Shown here: positions 9,957-19,126 of the stretch, piece by piece
How positions within the stretch are numbered: position 1 is the first letter of the stretch
Layout: every line of letters begins with the position of its first letter
Assembly: GCA_044222475.1 (NCBI GenBank)
Contig: JBGANF010000040.1
Coordinates: 1 to 58,308 of the forward strand
Origin: Polyangiaceae bacterium
GTDB taxonomy: Bacteria > Myxococcota_A > Polyangia > Polyangiales > Polyangiaceae
Direction: 5' to 3'
DNA: 58,308 bases
Position numbers and translations under genes: made by a program
The notes under the pieces: generated by a model
What the model was told of the DNA's origin: nothing
The model's database searches: none
Seen by the model: only the letters and a program-made list of their open reading frames with translations

Positions 9957-11204
9957 CTACTTTTGGGAGCCCTCAATCGCATCGAGGACCTCGGCGAGCT
10001 CGTCGTCGCTGGCGGACTCGACGATGCGGTCGAGCGCCACGCGGAGCTTGGGCGACGCGGAGACTTCGGCGGCGACTCGAACGCGCTGCTTCGTGGACTC
10101 GTCTTCCGAGGCCAGCGCGGCGATCGCGGCGCTGACGCGCGCCGTTTCGTCCGCCGAAGCGTCCTCGACGACGCGAAGGAGCGTCTCGTGAGGGACGGCC
10201 GGGACTCGCAGCCCCTGGGCGCCTTCGCTGCCGGCGGCCCGGAGAGCCTGGAGCCACGCGCGCGCGCTTCGTCCGCCGCGCAGGAGGGACGTCACCGCGG
10301 CGTTGCCCGCGCTGCCGGCGTCGCGCGCTTCGCGGATGCGCGCGTGCAGGCGGGCCGCTTCGGCCGCTCCGAGATCGGTCTGCCCCGTCGGGAGTCGGAT
10401 CTCCTCGCCGGACGGCGTGGTGAGCTTCACGCCGTGTTGGCGCTTGGTGCCGACGATCTCGTCGTAGACGGCAAAGGCCTTCACCGACGAGTGGGGGATG
10501 AATCGCTCGCGCCCGAGCCACCGCGTCACGATTCCGTCGGTGCCGATCCGCACCTTCGTTGGGGTGAACGCCAAGCCGAAGATCCAGGTCATCAACATCA
10601 CGATCATCAGGACGACGAACGGGCCGCCCGCGGCGTGGAGCAGAGCGCCGATGGCGACCACGCTCACGGCGAACCCGAGGACCGGGAGGAGGAGGAGAAG
10701 GAGCTGGTTCGCCACCGGCATCGCGACGATCCCCGACGCGATGCGCAGCTCCGCTGCGGAGTGACCCGCGTCGAAGCCGAGCGCGCGCAGCAGCTCCTGG
10801 CCTTCCGCTTCGCGTTCGACCCGCAGGACGATGGCCGGCGCGAGGCGTGACTTTCGTTCGAGCCGCACGAAGGCGCCGACGCCATCGGGGATGAGGAACC
10901 CTTGCTTCAGCTCGTCTCGCGTCGCGAGCCGCTCGCCGCCGAACCCGAGCGCGCCATCGGTGACGGTGAGGTCACCGCGCTCCACTCGAGCGTTCTTCGT
11001 CGAACGGTACCCGTAGCTCAGCGCCATCGTGCCGAAGAGCACCGAGTGGATCGTGCCGAGGGCTATCGGCGGCACGCCGGTCGCGATGGCGAGCGCGACG
11101 AGCGGGATCACGGTCGCCCAGAGCGCGTACCCGAGGGCGACGAAGCCGGCCCGCGGCTTGACCAACCCGGCACGGAGCCGAAACGTCGGGGACGGCGCGC
11201 TCAT
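9957..11204 (-). CDS. Membrane protein with two TM-pair/bPH-like modules and C-terminal HEAT-like helices
   Basis: Two hydrophobic helix pairs; VRIGTDGIVTRWLGRERFIP PH-like segment. Confidence 0.6.
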   Translation of the reverse strand: MSAPSPTFRLRAGLVKPRAGFVALGYALWATVIPLVALAIATGVPPIALGTIHSVLFGTMALSYGYRSTKNARVERGDLTVTDGALGFGGERLATRDELKQGFLIPDGVGAFVRLERKSRLAPAIVLRVEREAEGQELLRALGFDAGHSAAELRIASGIVAMPVANQLLLLLLPVLGFAVSVVAIGALLHAAGGPFVVLMIVMLMTWIFGLAFTPTKVRIGTDGIVTRWLGRERFIPHSSVKAFAVYDEIVGTKRQHGVKLTTPSGEEIRLPTGQTDLGAAEAARLHARIREARDAGSAGNAAVTSLLRGGRSARAWLQALRAAGSEGAQGLRVPAVPHETLLRVVEDASADETARVSAAIAALASEDESTKQRVRVAAEVSASPKLRVALDRIVESASDDELAEVLDAIEGSQK

Positions 11205-11266
11205 GTCGCGACCGAGCATAGCGCTCTCGCGGTGACGACTGCTCGATCGTGTGCGACCATGCGGAG

Positions 11267-12232
11267 ATGCGTTGGCAGAGATCGTTCGCGGCGGCCGTCG
11301 TGACCCTGGCAGCGTGCGGTACCAGCGACGACACCGTCACGCCCGGCGCCGACGCGACCACGAACGACGTGGCGAACCCAGGAGACTCCGGCACCGACGT
11401 GGTCACACCGCCCGGTGACGGGGGCACTCAGGTCGTCATCGGTGCGGCGGGCGACATCTCGGACAACGCCATCGGCGATCAGAAGAAGACGTCGGACCTT
11501 CTACTGACGGGCTACGACGGCGTGTTGCTCCTCGGCGACAACCAGTACCCCGATGGTACGTCGTCCGACTACACGAGCTATTTCGCGCCGACGTGGGGCC
11601 GCGTGAAGGCGATCACCCACCCGGCGCCGGGAAACCACGACTACCACACGGCCGGCGCCGCCGGTTACTACGGCTACTTCGGGGCCGCCGCCGGCGATCC
11701 GACGAAGGGCTACTACAGCTACGACATGGGCGCGTGGCACCTCATCGCGCTCAACACGAACGACAACGACTGTGGCTTCGTCGCGTGCAACGCGGCGTCG
11801 GCCCAGGTCGCCTGGCTCAAAGCGGACCTCGCGAAGAACAAGACGAAGTGCACCCTCGCGTACTGGCACCACCCGCGCTTCAACTCCGGGTCGAGCCATG
11901 GCGACTTCACCGGGGCGCAGGCGATCTGGGACGCGCTGTACGCCGCCGACGCCGACGTCGTTCTCAACGGACACGAGCACGTCTACGAGCGCTTCGATCC
12001 GCAGACGCCGGCCGGCGCGGCTGACGCCGTGCGCGGCATTCGTCAGTTCACCGTCGGCACGGGCGGGATCGGGTTTTACACATTTGGTACGCCGAAGGCG
12101 AACAGCGCCGTTCGCGAGGAGTCGAGCTACGGGATCCTGAAGCTCACGCTCAAGGCGACCTCGTACGACTGGGAGTTCGTCGCGGTCGCACCGTCGAAGT
12201 TCACCGACAAGGGGTCGGGGAACTGCCACTGA
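11267..12232 (+). CDS. Lipoprotein calcineurin-like metallophosphoesterase (acid/alkaline phosphatase-like)
   Basis: Lipobox LAAC; AAGDI, LGDNQY, PGNHDY, WHHP and GHEHVYER motifs. Confidence 0.88.
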   Translation: MRWQRSFAAAVVTLAACGTSDDTVTPGADATTNDVANPGDSGTDVVTPPGDGGTQVVIGAAGDISDNAIGDQKKTSDLLLTGYDGVLLLGDNQYPDGTSSDYTSYFAPTWGRVKAITHPAPGNHDYHTAGAAGYYGYFGAAAGDPTKGYYSYDMGAWHLIALNTNDNDCGFVACNAASAQVAWLKADLAKNKTKCTLAYWHHPRFNSGSSHGDFTGAQAIWDALYAADADVVLNGHEHVYERFDPQTPAGAADAVRGIRQFTVGTGGIGFYTFGTPKANSAVREESSYGILKLTLKATSYDWEFVAVAPSKFTDKGSGNCH

Positions 12233-13134
12233 GCGCGCCCGTTCGCGCCGTCTCGCTGACCACGCTCGCGCTGCTGTGTTTCGCCGGCAACTCGATCCTT
12301 TGTCGCCTCGCGCTCGCCGCTGGCCACGTCGATGCGGCGAGCTTCACCGCCGTTCGTCTCGCGAGCGGTGCTCTCGTCCTCGCGTTGCTCGCGCGCGGTC
12401 GGCCCAGCGCGGCAGTGTCGGCACGCGAGCGATGGCTGTCTGCCGCGGCGCTCTTCGCGTACGCGGCGCCGTTCTCCTACGCTTACTTGCGCGTGGGCGC
12501 CGCGATCGGCGCTCTCGTGCTGTTCGCGACCGTCCAGGTGACGATGCTCACGTGGGCCGTCGTCCAGGGCGAGCGGCCGAGCGTCGTCGGTTGGCTCGGG
12601 AGCGCCGTCGCTCTCGGCGGGCTCGCGGTGCTCACGATCCCCGGCAAGAGCGCGCCGGACCCGTGGGGCACGCTCGGCATGGTCGTCGCCGGATTCGCGT
12701 GGGCCGTGTACTCGCTTCGTGGCCGCACCGTGCAAGGTGATCCCATCGTCAACACGTCGGCGAGCTTCGCGCGCAGCCTGCCGTTCGTCGTCGTGCTGCT
12801 CGGCGTCGCGGCAGCGACCACCGAGTTTCACGTCACGCGACGAGGCATGCTCCTCGCGGCAACGTCGGGGGCCATCGCGTCGGGCGTCGGCTACAGCGTC
12901 TGGTACGCAGCGCTGCGTCATCTCTCGGCGACCCGCGCCGCCGTGCTTCAACTCATCGTGCCGATCCTCGCGGCGATGGGGGCGGTTGCTTTCCTCGGTG
13001 AGAGCATCTCGACGCGTGTCGCCATCGCGAGCCTCGCCATCGTCGGCGGCGTGGCGGCGACCATCTGGGCCCGCGCGGGCAAACTCACCGCATCCCAGAG
13101 ACCTCCAGAGGATGGCACGATCGAGGGCAGCTAG
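12229..13134 (+). CDS. DMT/EamA family transporter (probable CTG start)
   Basis: About 10 TM helices; N-terminal FAGNSILCRLAL lies upstream of the first canonical start; CTGA overlap with the upstream stop. Confidence 0.82.
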   Translation: MSAPVRAVSLTTLALLCFAGNSILCRLALAAGHVDAASFTAVRLASGALVLALLARGRPSAAVSARERWLSAAALFAYAAPFSYAYLRVGAAIGALVLFATVQVTMLTWAVVQGERPSVVGWLGSAVALGGLAVLTIPGKSAPDPWGTLGMVVAGFAWAVYSLRGRTVQGDPIVNTSASFARSLPFVVVLLGVAAATTEFHVTRRGMLLAATSGAIASGVGYSVWYAALRHLSATRAAVLQLIVPILAAMGAVAFLGESISTRVAIASLAIVGGVAATIWARAGKLTASQRPPEDGTIEGS

Positions 13135-13166
13135 GAAGTGAAGAATATATGGTGATGATCGAAGGG

Positions 13167-14450
13167 ATGCGCGCACCCACCATCTACGCCATCGACTTCG
13201 GCACCTCCAACTCACTCGTCGCCGCGGCCAACGCCGACGAGGTGTTCGAACCCATACCGCTCGATCCCGATGCTTCGGATCCGACGATCCTTCGCAGCAT
13301 CGTCTATTTCCCCAACGCCGATCGATTTCACGTCGGCGAAGAGGCGCTCGCGAAGTACGTCGAGCACGGCCTCGAGGGTCGTCTGCTTCGCTCGCTGAAG
13401 CGGCACCTTCCGTCGAGGAGCTTTCGCGGCACGTACATCGACGATCGGCCGATGCTCGTCGAGGACCTCGTCGCGGTGCTCCTCCGCGAGATGCGCAAGC
13501 GCGCGAACGCGCACTTCGGGGTCGACGTTCGACGCGTGGTGCTCGGGCGTCCGGCGCGGTTCTCGACCGACGACATCGACGACGACTTCGCCGAGCGGCG
13601 CTTGAAGAGCGCGGCCGAGCGCGCTGGCTTCGAGGAGATCCACTTCCTTCCGGAGCCCGTCGCGGCGGCGCGGGAGTTTCGCGCGGTCTTCAGGGGCGAC
13701 CAGACCGGATCGGTGCTCGTGTGCGACTTCGGCGGCGGCACGAGCGACTTCACCGTGATGCGGCTCGGCGACGCGCCGTTCACCCGCGACGACGTGCTCG
13801 CGATCGGCGGCGTCGCGCTCGCCGGCGACGCGCTCGACGCCGGCATCATGCGCGCCGAGGTCGCGAAGAACTTCGGCGCCGACGTCGAGTACAAGGTGCC
13901 CTTCGGCTCGAACGTTCTGCGGATGCCGACGCAGATCGCGGAGCAGCTCTGCTCCCCGGCGCAGCTCTCGATTCTCCGGCGACCCGACGTCGCGGAGTTC
14001 CTGCGCAACGTGAGGACCTGGGCGCTCGGTGCCGACGATCGAGAGAAGCTCGACCAGCTCAAGACGCTCGTCGACGACGCGCTGGGGTTCCAGCTCTTCG
14101 AGGTCATCGAGAGGTCGAAGCGCAAGCTCTCGACCGCCGACGTCGCCGACGTCGACTTCGTCTACCCGAGCATCGACGTCCACGAGCGGATCACGCGGGC
14201 GCGCTTCGAGGAGGCCTCCGACCGCGCGGCGAAGGCGATCCTCGCGTGCCTCGACGACACGGTCGACCGAGCGGGCATCGGCCGCGACGGCATCGACGTC
14301 GTCTGCTGCACCGGCGGCACGGCGAAGGTGCCGCTCCTCTCGCGCGAGATCGCCGCGCGCTTCGGCGCCCACAAGCTCCACGACTTCAAGAGCTTCCACT
14401 CGGTCGTGCAGGGCCTCGCCCACCACGCTCGAAGCGTGGCCGCGGGCTGA
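13167..14450 (+). CDS. yegD: Hsp70-family protein lacking the substrate-binding domain (YegD-like)
   Basis: IDFGTSNS, VLGRPARF, EPVAAA, DFGGGTSDF, TGGTAKVP. Confidence 0.85.
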   Translation: MRAPTIYAIDFGTSNSLVAAANADEVFEPIPLDPDASDPTILRSIVYFPNADRFHVGEEALAKYVEHGLEGRLLRSLKRHLPSRSFRGTYIDDRPMLVEDLVAVLLREMRKRANAHFGVDVRRVVLGRPARFSTDDIDDDFAERRLKSAAERAGFEEIHFLPEPVAAAREFRAVFRGDQTGSVLVCDFGGGTSDFTVMRLGDAPFTRDDVLAIGGVALAGDALDAGIMRAEVAKNFGADVEYKVPFGSNVLRMPTQIAEQLCSPAQLSILRRPDVAEFLRNVRTWALGADDREKLDQLKTLVDDALGFQLFEVIERSKRKLSTADVADVDFVYPSIDVHERITRARFEEASDRAAKAILACLDDTVDRAGIGRDGIDVVCCTGGTAKVPLLSREIAARFGAHKLHDFKSFHSVVQGLAHHARSVAAG

Positions 14451-14465
14451 GCTATCCTCGGCTCG

Positions 14466-15560
14466 ATGAGCCTCCGCCACGCGATCCTGGGTCTCGCGCT
14501 GGCGCTCGGCGCGTGCGATGGGTGTCGCCAATCGGCGAAGCAGGAGCCCGACGCGCGCGTGCGCGTCACGCTCGATGCCGACTCCGTGAGCGTCGACGGA
14601 GTCCGCGTCGCCGCACGAAGCGCGATCGCAAAGACCGCACCGACGAGGCTGACGCCGCTGTTCGACGAGCTGAAGGCCCGCCGCGAAGCGTGGAAGGTCG
14701 CGCACCCCACCCAATCGTTTCCCGCCGGCGCCGACCTGGTGCTCTCTCCGGACGCGACGTGCATCGAAGTCGAGAACCTGCTGCGGACGCTTGCGTACGC
14801 CGGGTATTCGCACGTGGTGATCGATCCGGGAGCGGGGGCGATGAACGTCGACTATCGGGTCCCGATGCCCCCGCCCCTCGACGAAATCGACGCGTCGCCG
14901 CCGCTTCCGATCCAGCTTCGTTTCCACACAGACGGCAAGGTCGGGCTCAGCCGAACATGCACGGGCGTGCCGACGATCGTCGACGCGTCCGCGGTGCCCC
15001 AGGCGGTCGCAGCCGTCCCCGCCGACGTGGTTCGCTTCGGTTGCGACGAGGGCGTGCGCTTCTCCACCGTGAAGCCGACGCTCGTCGCGCTTCGGACGGC
15101 GCGCTCGACGAAGCTCGACGACGCCGAGTGCGACCTCACGGTCGACGGCGGCGTCCCCGCGCACGTGCTCGCGCTGAGCATCGGCCTGTCGTCCATCGGA
15201 GGAGACCCGTTCGTGCATCGACCGGGCACGCTCGGTCCCACCGTCGTGACGACCCAGGGGGTCGACGCCGGCCTCGCGAACGCCGCGTTGACGCCACGCC
15301 TCCCAACGATCGCCGCCTGCTTCGTGGACAATCGCCCGGAGCATCGGGAAGTCGGGATCGGTATCTTCGATGGTGACCACGCCACGATCGAGCTCACCAT
15401 CGCCGGTGACGGCGGCGTTGCTCTAATCGACGGCGGCGCGGTCACCGGCGCGGTCGCCCTCTGCATCGGTCGAGCGCTCGCGTCGATCACGTTCCCTCCG
15501 TTCGACGCTGCGACGGCGAAGGTGACGTACGGCTTCGTCTTCAAGGACGCTACGAAATGA
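14466..15560 (+). CDS. Lipoprotein with ExbD-like periplasmic domain(s) and TonB-C/AgmX-PglI-like C-terminus
   Basis: Lipobox LGAC; DLVLSPDATCIEVENLLRTLAYAGY; C-terminal AACF...CIGRAL..ITFPP..VTYGFVF. Confidence 0.55.
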   Translation: MSLRHAILGLALALGACDGCRQSAKQEPDARVRVTLDADSVSVDGVRVAARSAIAKTAPTRLTPLFDELKARREAWKVAHPTQSFPAGADLVLSPDATCIEVENLLRTLAYAGYSHVVIDPGAGAMNVDYRVPMPPPLDEIDASPPLPIQLRFHTDGKVGLSRTCTGVPTIVDASAVPQAVAAVPADVVRFGCDEGVRFSTVKPTLVALRTARSTKLDDAECDLTVDGGVPAHVLALSIGLSSIGGDPFVHRPGTLGPTVVTTQGVDAGLANAALTPRLPTIAACFVDNRPEHREVGIGIFDGDHATIELTIAGDGGVALIDGGAVTGAVALCIGRALASITFPPFDAATAKVTYGFVFKDATK

Positions 15561-16482
15561 TCGTTCCGAGTTGAAGGAAGAGCGCTCGATCGAACAGCGG
15601 CTCTCCGGTCACCGCGTCGAGGACGATCCCCCACGCGGGTTTGCCGTCGACCTCGAACTGGTACGAGCACTCGGTCCGCGGTTCGTTCGGCCCCGACCAG
15701 GGCCGCGCGCACTCGCCGTTGGCGAGGTTCAACGAGAAGGACGCGACGATCCGCAGCTCCCACCGGCTCGGATCGGCTGGCCGCGTGACGCCGAGGATTC
15801 GGCGCTCGATCTTCCGGATCTGATCCTTGCCGACGAGGATCGAGTCGTGTCCGACGCGCGGCTCGGGTGAGCCGGACGGGCAGCCCTGGCGATCCGGTCC
15901 GGGATCGCACGGGTGGAAGACCAGTCGCGTCGTGACTCGAAAGTCGAACTTCCTGCCGACGACCAGGCGGGTCAGCGTCTCGTCGTCGAGCTCGCGCGGC
16001 GGCGTGCCGAGCGGACCGAGGAAGATGCCGCTCGCGCCGGTCGGGCTGATGGTGAACCCGCCGAAGGTGTGTGGGCCCCACGTCGACGCGCCGAAGGTGA
16101 TCTGATCTCCGTGGACCGTCGGGTGATCGAGCACCGCCGGGTCGATGCCGAGCGTCGCCGCGTTCGCCTCGAGGAAGGCTCGCGCGCCGCTCTCGGTGCC
16201 GAGCGCGGCGACCGGGGCCGGTGGATACGACGTCACGAAGCGACCGCTCGGGTGCATCGTCGCTTGCCACCCCGGGTTGGCCTTCAGGTACGCGGCGCGG
16301 AATTTCGTCTGGGCCGCGGCGTCGGCGGTCGCGAAGAGCACCGGGTAGGGTCCGCTCGGGACGACACGCGGCTGCGCCGGCGGCGCCACGTCGACGACCG
16401 ACGCAGGCGCCCGAGGCGCGGGATCGCTCGCGCGAGCGCCGCCGCACGCGACGAGCAAGAGGGCGACGGCGATCCTTCGCAT
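15550..16482 (-). CDS. Lipoprotein resembling an FTP/PepSY protease propeptide without a catalytic domain
   Basis: Lipobox LVAC; ARAFLEANAATLGI and IVLDAVTGE motifs; no HExxH. Confidence 0.5.
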   Translation of the reverse strand: MRRIAVALLLVACGGARASDPAPRAPASVVDVAPPAQPRVVPSGPYPVLFATADAAAQTKFRAAYLKANPGWQATMHPSGRFVTSYPPAPVAALGTESGARAFLEANAATLGIDPAVLDHPTVHGDQITFGASTWGPHTFGGFTISPTGASGIFLGPLGTPPRELDDETLTRLVVGRKFDFRVTTRLVFHPCDPGPDRQGCPSGSPEPRVGHDSILVGKDQIRKIERRILGVTRPADPSRWELRIVASFSLNLANGECARPWSGPNEPRTECSYQFEVDGKPAWGIVLDAVTGEPLFDRALFLQLGTIIS

Positions 16483-16523
16483 CGGAGCATTGGACGGACG
16501 AGGCGACGGAAAGTTCAGTCCGT

Positions 16524-17006
16524 TCACGCTGCGATCTTCGGCGTGGCGAGGCGCTTGTCCGCGCGCGCGAGCGGCCCGCTCGCTTCGGTCACGCCGGCGA
16601 CCGCTCCGAGCCCGAAGCGCGGCATGTTCACGTAGATGTTCTCGTAGCTCCCCGGTTGGACGATGTACGTCTCGTGCCAGATCCCGACGTCACCGCCGGT
16701 ACCGACGGCCTTGTAGAACGCACCCCACGCGGGGAAGTGCGTCGACTTTCGGTCCGACGCGAAGGCGAGGAGCTGCTCCTTCGACCTCCAGTACTGGAGC
16801 ATCAACGTCGTTCGGCCGAACCAGCTCTCGGCGCCGAGGAACCCGAGCTCGGGCTTCTTCGAGAGCTCCGCCACCATCCGCGGCATGGCGGCGGCCACCG
16901 GCATCCAGCGCCACGGCTTCCACCACGCGTTGATGCGCATGCCGATGAGAAAGACGACGAAGCCGTCGTCCAAGCGGCTGGTGAGGCGTTTGTTGGCGGT
17001 CATCAT
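16524..17006 (-). CDS. DUF4188/monooxygenase-like dimeric alpha-beta barrel protein
   Basis: FVVFLIGMRIN, QYWRS, VGIWHETY, YENIYVNMP; SD AAGGAG. Confidence 0.85.
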   Translation of the reverse strand: MMTANKRLTSRLDDGFVVFLIGMRINAWWKPWRWMPVAAAMPRMVAELSKKPELGFLGAESWFGRTTLMLQYWRSKEQLLAFASDRKSTHFPAWGAFYKAVGTGGDVGIWHETYIVQPGSYENIYVNMPRFGLGAVAGVTEASGPLARADKRLATPKIAA

Positions 17007-17020
17007 GAGTAGGTCTCCTT

Positions 17021-17037
17021 TGTGAACAGTGTTAACT
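17021..17037. promoter_or_regulatory. Putative TetR operator (copy upstream of the DUF4188 gene)
   Basis: TGTGAACAGTGTTAACT, imperfect palindrome, 15/17 identical to 17635-17651. Confidence 0.75.
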
Positions 17038-17056
17038 TGATGGGCAAAAAAAAGGG

Positions 17057-17635
17057 CTAAGGGGCAAGCGAGGCGAGCATGGCGTCGGTCGAGCGGGTGT
17101 ACAGCTGGCGAAAGTCGTCCTCGGCTCCGAGAGGCGCGAGGTGACCGGCGAGGTAGAGCGACACGAGGCCGTGGACGTGGGCCCAGATGGTGACGGCGAT
17201 CTCGTTCGGGTCGCCCTTGCGGATGTCTTTGGCCTGCTGGCACTCGCGCACGCGATCGAGGAGGAACTGGAACGACGCGTCGGGCGTGGTGGCCTGCGGG
17301 GGCGGATCGATCGCGTCTCCCATGAAGATGACGCGGTAGTCACGCGGGCGTTCGAGCGCGAAGCGGAGGTACTGGGCCCCGGTTTCGCGCATGCGCTCGA
17401 GGGGTTTCGGCTTGGCCAGCGCGCCCATGAGGTAGCTGGCGAAGACGCGGAAACCTTCCGCGCACACGGCGCCGAGGAGCGCGTTCTTGTCCTCGTAGTG
17501 TCGATAGACGGCGGCCGCGGTGACCTTCGATCGCCGGGCGACCTCGCGGAGCGAGAACGCGACCGGGCCGACCTCGAGGTAGAGATCGCGGGCCTCGGCG
17601 AGGAGGCGCTCCTTGGTCGTGAGCTCGGACCGCAT
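17057..17635 (-). CDS. TetR/AcrR family regulator (WHG-type C-terminus)
   Basis: N-terminal HTH SLREVARRSKVTAAAVYRHY; IWAHVHGLVSL. Confidence 0.92.
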   Translation of the reverse strand: MRSELTTKERLLAEARDLYLEVGPVAFSLREVARRSKVTAAAVYRHYEDKNALLGAVCAEGFRVFASYLMGALAKPKPLERMRETGAQYLRFALERPRDYRVIFMGDAIDPPPQATTPDASFQFLLDRVRECQQAKDIRKGDPNEIAVTIWAHVHGLVSLYLAGHLAPLGAEDDFRQLYTRSTDAMLASLAP

Positions 17636-17651
17636 GTGAACAGTGTTTACA
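17635..17651. promoter_or_regulatory. Putative TetR autoregulatory operator overlapping the start codon
   Basis: TGTGAACAGTGTTTACA palindrome abutting the ATG; TTGACG -35-like hexamer at 17667-17672 (minus strand). Confidence 0.75.
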
Positions 17652-17668
17652 TCGCGGGAGGGCGCCCG

Positions 17669-18058
17669 TCAAGGGGTGGGCGTGCACGCGTTGGTGCACT
17701 TCCCGGAGTTGCAGCGCGCCTCGTACCCACAGGGCGCGAGCTGGGCGCCGGGGAGGGCTTCGGGAGGGCACGTGACCCCGGCGCACGAGGCCTTCCGCGC
17801 AGCCGCGACGAAGCCGAGGTACTTCGTGCTCATGGGCATCGCGGTGACGGTGTAGTCGCAGCAGAGATCGGACGGCGCGGTGACGGCGACCACGCAGTCG
17901 GCGTCGACCGTGCATCCGTCGATCGGAGGCGCGCCCGGCGGGATCGGCAGCACGGTTCGCGTGGCAGTGGTTGCCGATGCGCTCCCGGAGCTCGTCGCGT
18001 CGCCGGAGCGACAGCTCGCGACGGATGCGACGACGAGGGCGGCGGCGAGGAGCCTCAT
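17669..18058 (-). CDS. Small Cys-rich lipoprotein
   Basis: Lipobox VASC, CTVDADC...CC...C patterns, leaderless -10 TACGGT. Confidence 0.7.
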   Translation of the reverse strand: MRLLAAALVVASVASCRSGDATSSGSASATTATRTVLPIPPGAPPIDGCTVDADCVVAVTAPSDLCCDYTVTAMPMSTKYLGFVAAARKASCAGVTCPPEALPGAQLAPCGYEARCNSGKCTNACTPTP

Positions 18059-18075
18059 GCCGCGACCGTAGCAGA

Positions 18076-18966
18076 CTACCGGGACGGTTCGGGATCGAGC
18101 GCGCTCCGGATCTCGTGAACGTCACGCCGAAGGAACATGTCGACGAGGTCGGCGCGCCGCGTCGTGACCGCCTCGCGGGTCCGGTCGTCGACGACGAACC
18201 GAAAGCGCCCCGCGAGGTGCGGCCAGATCGTGCACGCCGCGCGGTAGAAGCGGAACAGGCTGGGCTCGGTGGGAGACACGCCTTCGACGTCGTCGACGAC
18301 GACGATGCGATCGAAGGGCTGGTACTCGAGCCGCTCGAGCGCCTCCCACCTCGACGCGACGCGCGTCAGTGTCGCGCGACCGCGGAGCATGCCGCGAAGG
18401 GGCAGGGTGACGAGCGCGTCGCGGTCGACCATGAGGACGCGGAGCCTCGATCCGACGCGGTTGAACGCCGGTCGGCTTCTGCGGGCGGACATGCAACGCG
18501 CGGTCTGCGGTGAGCACGGCGCGAGCTCGGGGTGGATGACGGCGACCTTCGCGGAAGGAAACGGGTCGGGCGTCGGACCCAAGACGTCGTCGGGCAAGAG
18601 CCGAGCTCTCGATGGAGTCTCGACGACCTCGAGGACGGCGTCGTGCATCGCGGCGCGGGCTTCGGCCCTCGCCTTCGCGCGTGCTCGCTCGTGTGGCGAA
18701 AGCGCGATCGGCGTCGCGCGCCGGAGGGGCGAGGGCGCTCCGTTGCGGGGGTCGAACACGAGGACGCGGTCCGCGCCGTGAACGTACAGAAGCATCGCGA
18801 GCGTGCGCCCAATGCCGACCTCGTCCTCGCGCATGGCGATGACGACTTCGTATGCGACCTCACCGCGCGCGAGGACGAACGGAGGAGGACCGAGACGCCA
18901 CGCGCCCTCGAAGCCATCGAGCCCGTCGACGATTGCGAGAGCGTCGGCCTCGAGGTCGGTGAGCAT
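18076..18966 (-). CDS. Hypothetical protein with degenerate receiver-like C-terminal domain
   Basis: LRVLMVDRD...EALERLEYQPFDRIVV resembles a REC fold; start uncertain. Confidence 0.4.
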   Translation of the reverse strand: MLTDLEADALAIVDGLDGFEGAWRLGPPPFVLARGEVAYEVVIAMREDEVGIGRTLAMLLYVHGADRVLVFDPRNGAPSPLRRATPIALSPHERARAKARAEARAAMHDAVLEVVETPSRARLLPDDVLGPTPDPFPSAKVAVIHPELAPCSPQTARCMSARRSRPAFNRVGSRLRVLMVDRDALVTLPLRGMLRGRATLTRVASRWEALERLEYQPFDRIVVVDDVEGVSPTEPSLFRFYRAACTIWPHLAGRFRFVVDDRTREAVTTRRADLVDMFLRRDVHEIRSALDPEPSR

Positions 18967-19017
18967 CTCGAAGAAGCGTAGACCAACCGCTGGCTCGCTG
19001 CTGGATCCGGAGAGAAG

Positions 19018-19121
19018 AGAACCGCCAGGGGCGCCAGGCGCGCCAAGAGAAGGAAGGGGGTATGCACCTGGAGCCCACCCCGCTCTCCTCACTTGGCGTG
19101 CCTGGCGTCCCTGGCGGTTCT
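19018..19121. repeat. Long intergenic inverted repeat (REP-like hairpin, 30-bp stem)
   Basis: Arms 19018-19047 and 19092-19121 are complementary at 28/30 positions; both mismatches are G-T on the plus strand. Confidence 0.85.
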
Positions 19122-19126
19122 TCTTC

